Shown piece by piece: positions 6,904 through 10,610 of a DNA stretch of 10,610 nucleotides. The position numbers and the translations under genes are program-made. Within the stretch, counting starts at the first letter, position 1; each line of letters starts with the position of its first letter. Below the pieces are notes generated by a model. It was not told where the DNA came from. It was given only the letters and a program-made list of their open reading frames with translations, and did no database searches. The DNA is from Candidatus Paceibacter sp. Lineage in GTDB: Bacteria > Patescibacteriota > Minisyncoccia > UBA6257 > GWB1-50-10. The stretch lies in assembly GCA_020724685.1 (NCBI GenBank), contig DYGP01000018.1:1-10610 (forward strand). The letters are read 5' to 3'.

Positions 6904-6937
6904 ATTAAGAAATACTGGGCAATATGTTACACCTAAA

Positions 6938-6952
6938 TTGACAATTTGTCAA
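6938..6952. promoter_or_regulatory. Perfect palindrome TTGACAA-t-TTGTCAA (7-1-7), a candidate operator overlapping the flotillin promoter -35
   Basis: The two arms are exact reverse complements. Each arm supplies a TTGACA -35 hexamer on one strand. On the minus strand, TTGACA + 17 nt + TAACAT gives a plausible promoter about 75 nt upstream of the flotillin ATG. It lies 8 nt beyond the stop of the upstream glycosylase gene. Confidence 0.4.
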
Positions 6953-6959
6953 TAGTGTC

Positions 6960-7541
6960 CTAAAGCATCGTGAATCGCCATTTCCGGCGGGACCAATACG
7001 GACCCGCATATCCCACGCCTACGCGGGAAGAGGCCCTTATCCGAAGGGAAGAAACGCTCCTTCCCCGCTCGATCCAAAGCCCCGTCTTTGGAGATGTCTC
7101 TTTGCCGTTAAAAGCCTTCCCCACCCCGAGATATTTCGTCAATTTCGCCGGACCGTTGAGAATCGTTCCGTCTTCCAGAATAACGGCGCGAATGAGCACC
7201 GCCGAAGGAAGCGCGTCCGCGCCGGTAACAAGGTTGAGCATCCAATGCATGCCGTAGGTGAAATAGACATACCACCGCCCCGCCGGGCCGAACATCGGCG
7301 CATTCCGGGGAGTCTTCCCGCGCGACGCGTGAGACGCCCGATCCCGGAGACCGTGATACGTTTCCGTCTCTGCGATGCGGCACCTGATCACTTTTTTCCC
7401 TTTCCGTCGCACAAGCGTCGCGCCGAGAATCGCTTTCGCGACCGCAACCGCGTCGCGGGAAAAAAATTCCTCTCCCTGAACGCGGGAGGTCTTGCTCTTT
7501 TTCCCCTCCTTCCCTTTTTTCCTCTCGTTTCCTTCTTTCAT
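6960..7541 (-). CDS. 3-methyladenine (methylpurine) DNA glycosylase, Mpg/AAG family
   Basis: The protein has ETETYHG..D.ASHA..GKTPRN..MFGPAG..YVYFTYGMH..LN.V and a C-terminal RVGVGYAG...W.F, which match the MPG/AAG fold (PF02245) closely. The start is set to the ATG at 7541 (MKEGNERKKGKEGKK..., preceded by AGGAG). The track start at 7673 would add 44 non-homologous aa and overlap the upstream gene by 79 bp. Confidence 0.8.
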   Translation of the reverse strand: MKEGNERKKGKEGKKSKTSRVQGEEFFSRDAVAVAKAILGATLVRRKGKKVIRCRIAETETYHGLRDRASHASRGKTPRNAPMFGPAGRWYVYFTYGMHWMLNLVTGADALPSAVLIRAVILEDGTILNGPAKLTKYLGVGKAFNGKETSPKTGLWIERGRSVSSLRIRASSRVGVGYAGPYWSRRKWRFTML

Positions 7542-7594
7542 ATTCTCCTGTTTTCTTCCCGGAGAAGTATTGGCAAGGGCGGGCATGCGGATCC

Positions 7595-7996
7595 CTAAAG
7601 CAAACTTCTCACCTCGTCCAAAATCTCGCGGGGAACGGGATTTCGTTCGGGACTTTTTCCCGGATATCGCCATGCGGTGATGATGCGGAATTTCTTTCCT
7701 CCCCTCCCCAGAATCTCCTTAAGGTTCTGCTCCATCTTATTTTTGAGATTTGAGTTTTGGGTTTTGGGTTTCGCTTGTGCCCGCACAAGCGAGTACATTA
7801 CCCAGATCTCCTGATATTTCGTCGTCCCCGCAGACTGCATCACCGCAACCGTATTTTCGGCAACCCCTTCCTCCGTCCGTGCGGGAAAACGGATGATCCT
7901 TTTTATCCTTCCCTCGGAAATGCCGTAGTACTGCATCTTCATCCACGCATGGCTCGTCCACTCATATTTCGAATCATTCTTCGGCTGCTTTTGCAT
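7595..7996 (-). CDS. Hypothetical protein (133 aa, basic; the family was not recognised)
   Basis: The ORF is MQKQPKNDSKYEWTSHAWMKMQYYGISEGRIKRIIRFPARTEEGV...KFRIITAWRYPGKSPERNPVPREILDEVRSLL. The first 125 codons of the track ORF (8371..7997) are Arg-rich, overlap the real PEBP gene out of frame, and are rejected. The start is set to the first ATG after the PEBP stop (7994-7996); MKMQYY at 7942 is possible. There is no clear SD, so confidence is moderate. Confidence 0.5.
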   Translation of the reverse strand: MQKQPKNDSKYEWTSHAWMKMQYYGISEGRIKRIIRFPARTEEGVAENTVAVMQSAGTTKYQEIWVMYSLVRAQAKPKTQNSNLKNKMEQNLKEILGRGGKKFRIITAWRYPGKSPERNPVPREILDEVRSLL

Positions 7997-8013
7997 AAAA
8001 CATCTATTCCATT

Positions 8014-8023
8014 TACAAATTTG
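8014..8023. promoter_or_regulatory. Perfect 10-bp palindrome ACAAATTTGT, 18-27 nt upstream of the hypothetical gene's ATG
   Basis: It is exactly self-complementary and shares an ACAA-TTGT core with the flotillin-upstream palindrome, though the half-site spacing differs by 1 nt. It lies where a -10 or operator would sit. Confidence 0.25.
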
Positions 8024-8088
8024 TCCGAGAGAAAGTAAGACTTGGGCGTCGCCCCGGAGACACTTGAGCGAGGAAAATTTGTAATTCT

Positions 8089-8562
8089 CTACCTCCCGAA
8101 CATTCCGACGAGCGCAGTCTCCTCGAGAATGTGGCCCTCCATCGCCTCTACGAGACGTTCCTTCGGGGAATCGGAAGAAAGATCGAGGATCGCGTCGAGG
8201 GCGTAGAGCTTGAAGACATAGCGGTGCGGCGCGTTTCCGGGGGGCGGACACGGTCCGCCGTAACGATTCGATCCCCAACTGTTCAGCCCCACGACCGCGT
8301 TGTGGGGAACGGTGTCTTCGGCAACGTATTGCGTTCCCGGTTCGATGTTCCACATGATCCAATGATCCCACGTCCGTCCTCCGGTCGCGTCCGGATCATC
8401 CATGATAAGCGCAAGGCTCTTTGTTCCCTGCGGAACGTTCCGTATCTCCAAGAACGGATTCACATTTTCCCCCTCGCATGTGTATTTTGCGGGAATCGTT
8501 TCCCCCTCCTTGAACGCCGAGCTCTTGATGACGATGTTGCTCATACAGGAAGTATAAGGCAT
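8089..8562 (-). CDS. YbhB/YbcL-family PEBP (Raf kinase inhibitor-like protein)
   Basis: It has the PEBP signature: DPDATGG..WDHW...N......G.N.......Y.GPCPPPG..HRYVFKLYALD. The ATG at 8562 has GGAG 6 nt upstream. Confidence 0.85.
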   Translation of the reverse strand: MPYTSCMSNIVIKSSAFKEGETIPAKYTCEGENVNPFLEIRNVPQGTKSLALIMDDPDATGGRTWDHWIMWNIEPGTQYVAEDTVPHNAVVGLNSWGSNRYGGPCPPPGNAPHRYVFKLYALDAILDLSSDSPKERLVEAMEGHILEETALVGMFGR

Positions 8563-8604
8563 AAAGCGCTCCGTGATAAGCGCCGCCCGAAAAGTTTTTG
8601 CGGG

Positions 8605-8632
8605 TTGTGAGTTGTCCGCCGTTGGTTATAAT
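8605..8632 (+). promoter_or_regulatory. Candidate dnaX promoter: -35 TTGTGA (8605-8610), 16-nt spacer, perfect -10 TATAAT (8627-8632), ending 6 nt before the dnaX ATG
   Basis: The sequence is cgggTTGTGAgttgtccgccgttggtTATAATtgaggtATG. The geometry places the predicted TSS on or within 1-2 nt of the A of the ATG, implying a leaderless mRNA. Confidence 0.5.
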
Positions 8633-8638
8633 TGAGGT

Positions 8639-9745
8639 ATGTCGCTCGCCATATACCGCAAATACCGCCCGCTCTCTTTTTCCGACCTTCTCGGCCAGGA
8701 TACGATCGTGAAGATTCTCCGCGAAGCGGCGCGGCAGGACCGGCTCGCGCATGCCTACCTCTTTTCGGGACCGCGCGGGACGGGAAAAACGACGACCGCG
8801 CGCCTCATCGCGAAAATTGCAAACTGCGAAAAACGGAACGCGGATAAGAAGTTCAGGGAAAAGGGAGAGCCGTGCAACGAATGCGCCGCATGCACCGCCA
8901 TTGATCAGGGACGGAGCCTTGACGTCGTCGAAATCGATGCGGCGTCAAACCGCGGGATCGACGAAATCCGCGATCTCAAGGAGAGCGTTCGCCTCTCCCC
9001 CACGGAATCCAGATACAAAGTATTCATCATCGACGAAGCGCACATGCTCACGAAGGACGCCTGGAACGCGCTTCTCAAAACGCTCGAAGAGCCGCCGCAC
9101 TATGTCATCATGATCCTCGCGACGACGGAAACGGAAAAGGTTCCCGCAACCATCGCATCACGCACCCAACAATTCCATTTCCGGCGCGTTTCCATCATGC
9201 AGATCTCGGACAAGCTTGCGCGCATTGCGAAAGAAGAGGGCATCACCATCGGGAAAGAAGCGCTTGATCTTATCGCCTCTTCGGGAGACGGAAGCTTCCG
9301 CGACGCGGAGTCGCTCCTTGACCAACTCGTCTCTTTCGGGAAAAAGACGGTTGCGCTCGAGGACGTCGAACAGACGATCGGAAAGATCGGATTTCACAAA
9401 CTCTCCGAGTTCGCGGGATTTTTGCTCGAAGGAAACATGGAAGCCGCACTCAAGGCGGTCTCCGAAATACAGGAAGGAGGATACAATATCGCGCACTTCA
9501 CGAAAGACCTTATCCAATATCTCCGCCGCGCCGCGGTGCTCTCCCACAGCCCCGACATGAAGGACGCGTTCAAGAAAGAACTCATGGAGGAACACCTGAA
9601 CATGCTTTCCGCGCACGCGGGAATCTTCAAAGAGAAGCATATCGAACTCCTGAAACGCCTCATCGAGGCGTACGGTCAGATGCGCTACAGCCAATTCCCG
9701 ATCATCCCCATCGAAGTGGCGATCATCGAGGGGGTGAAAGAGTAA
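8639..9745 (+). CDS. dnaX: DNA polymerase III subunit gamma/tau, short form (368 aa)
   Basis: The N-terminus is YRKYRP...F.DLLGQ, followed by Walker A GPRGTGKTTTARLIAK. It has the clamp-loader Zn module C-x..PCNECAACTAI, Walker B/DEAH-like IIDEAHML, the sensor LKTLEEPP, the TIASRTQQFHF arginine finger region and a C-terminal lid. The stop TAA is at 9743-9745. Confidence 0.92.
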   Translation: MSLAIYRKYRPLSFSDLLGQDTIVKILREAARQDRLAHAYLFSGPRGTGKTTTARLIAKIANCEKRNADKKFREKGEPCNECAACTAIDQGRSLDVVEIDAASNRGIDEIRDLKESVRLSPTESRYKVFIIDEAHMLTKDAWNALLKTLEEPPHYVIMILATTETEKVPATIASRTQQFHFRRVSIMQISDKLARIAKEEGITIGKEALDLIASSGDGSFRDAESLLDQLVSFGKKTVALEDVEQTIGKIGFHKLSEFAGFLLEGNMEAALKAVSEIQEGGYNIAHFTKDLIQYLRRAAVLSHSPDMKDAFKKELMEEHLNMLSAHAGIFKEKHIELLKRLIEAYGQMRYSQFPIIPIEVAIIEGVKE

Positions 9746-10051
9746 TTATCGGCCTCCTATTTCTTCCTCATCTTTTGGAAATCCCCACTGCCAGCGCGGC
9801 TTTTCTCCTTTTCGGTATCCAAAGAAAAACAAAACGGCGAACCCGACGAGCAACCCCAAAAGCGCGGCGCCGGGAGCGTCGTCCGTCTCCCCGATATAGA
9901 ACCCGAACGCGACGAAGGCGACGGCGCATGCCACAACCAGCCACCCCTGCCACTTTACGGGCATCCATCCCCAGCCGTAAAGCTTCCGCTTGAACCAGTA
10001 CCCTTCCGGATTGTCCCTGATATATTCGATGTATCTTTTGAAGATATCCAT
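9746..10051 (-). CDS. Small membrane protein (101 aa, two TM helices, Trp-rich amphipathic N-terminus)
   Basis: The sequence is MDIFKRYIEYIRDNPEGYWFKRKLYGWGWMPVKWQGWLVVACAVAFVAFGFYIGETDDAPGAALLGLLVGFAVLFFFGY... It starts 31 bp downstream of the upstream gene's stop (10083) on the same strand. The family was not recognised. Confidence 0.6.
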   Translation of the reverse strand: MDIFKRYIEYIRDNPEGYWFKRKLYGWGWMPVKWQGWLVVACAVAFVAFGFYIGETDDAPGAALLGLLVGFAVLFFFGYRKGEKPRWQWGFPKDEEEIGGR

Positions 10052-10082
10052 GGATTATTTTCTTTCCCCGTCCCCACGAAGG

Positions 10083-10610
10083 CTATTCTCTCAGTTTCAG
10101 TTTGAAACTTTCGGCAATCTCGGAGATCGTCTCACGATATTCATCCCAGAGACTCTGCAAGGTGTTGAACGATATCACCCAGACGTCGTCGCCCGAACCT
10201 CCGACCGCAACCATCAGAATCTTGAAATCGGCGCCCTGCTGGACGAAATCCGCTTCAAACGCCCGGGCCGCTCTGCCGTTTATGACAAGGTCGCGCTCCC
10301 CAGCGAAAACAATTCCCGGAATCAACTGCCAAAGCTGATCTCTCACCGCTTCCGTGTATTCAGAAAGGGTTTTTTCCTGCGCCAGATCGTAGCTCACCGC
10401 GAAATAACTCCTGAAATTGATCTTCTCGGCCGCGGGGTCGTCGAGTTGCTCGTCGGCCTTGATCACCGTCGCCGAAGATCCGATTGCGGGGGCAGTGCTT
10501 CTCCATCCCGCAGGAACGATAATTTCGAAATTGTCGGTCACCAGCTTTCCTTCTGGTTGCCCGCGGTCACCCGCCGCATCAACGCTTCGAACTTCGGGGA
10601 CCTCGTGCCC
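10083..10610 (-). CDS. Hypothetical protein, C-terminal part. The reading frame stays open to the 3' window edge, so the true start probably lies beyond the window
   Basis: The track starts at a GTG at 10541. Translating upstream of that GTG by hand finds no in-frame stop up to position 10610 (...GHEVPEVRSVDAAGDRGQPEGKL-V-TDNFEIIVPAGW...). The protein is mixed alpha/beta and acidic, possibly a secreted or PsbP/DcrB-like fold; this is speculative. Confidence 0.6.
   Translation of the reverse strand, partial: GHEVPEVRSVDAAGDRGQPEGKLVTDNFEIIVPAGWRSTAPAIGSSATVIKADEQLDDPAAEKINFRSYFAVSYDLAQEKTLSEYTEAVRDQLWQLIPGIVFAGERDLVINGRAARAFEADFVQQGADFKILMVAVGGSGDDVWVISFNTLQSLWDEYRETISEIAESFKLKLRE

Noticed and set aside
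7542-7673. Longer start (7673) for the glycosylase
   Set aside because: The extra 44 aa have no MPG homology and would overlap the upstream gene's 3' end by 79 bp. The ATG at 7541 has an AGGAG ribosome-binding site.
7997-8371. Upstream 125 codons of the 7595..8371 track ORF
   Set aside because: They overlap the strongly supported PEBP/YbhB gene in another frame, and the product is an Arg/Pro-rich artefact. The real start was moved to 7996.
9158-9694. 178-aa minus-strand ORF inside dnaX
   Set aside because: It is antisense to dnaX, which has unambiguous clamp-loader motifs, and it has no independent support.
1-10610. Search for CRISPR arrays, tRNA/rRNA genes, IS elements, integrases and attachment-site repeats
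   Set aside because: There are no regularly spaced direct repeats, no cloverleaf-compatible segments in the short intergenic gaps, and no transposase- or integrase-like ORFs. All large ORFs are housekeeping or hypothetical.

Overview
The window looks like a gene-dense stretch of bacterial chromosome. Small genes, a short-form dnaX and high GC at third codon positions (GC3) suggest an uncultivated lineage, possibly Patescibacteria (CPR-like); this is inference. Coding density is about 90 %.

A co-directional minus-strand block runs ychF -> scpA -> scpB -> a PBP5-like D-Ala-D-Ala carboxypeptidase -> mraY (mraY runs off the 5' edge). Plus-strand genes are a two-gene micro-operon (zinc-ribbon mini-protein overlapping a 52-aa single-TM peptide), a DUF218/YdcF-like gene and short-form dnaX. 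Further minus-strand genes are a 629-aa flotillin with a repeat-containing N-terminal extension, a PEBP/YbhB - hypothetical - 3-methyladenine glycosylase block, a small membrane protein, and a gene open to the 3' edge.

No rRNA, tRNA, CRISPR array or mobile element is evident, and I see no recognisable defence system. The items most worth follow-up are:
- the flotillin N-terminal repeat extension;
- the zinc-ribbon + TM micro-operon behind a near-consensus promoter;
- a perfect 7-1-7 palindrome (TTGACAAtTTGTCAA) and an A8-hairpin element in the flotillin leader;
- a likely leaderless dnaX and stop-to-stop abutting convergent genes (TAATTA).

The ORF track calls TTG/GTG codons as M. Several starts were re-set to ATGs with Shine-Dalgarno support or homology support.
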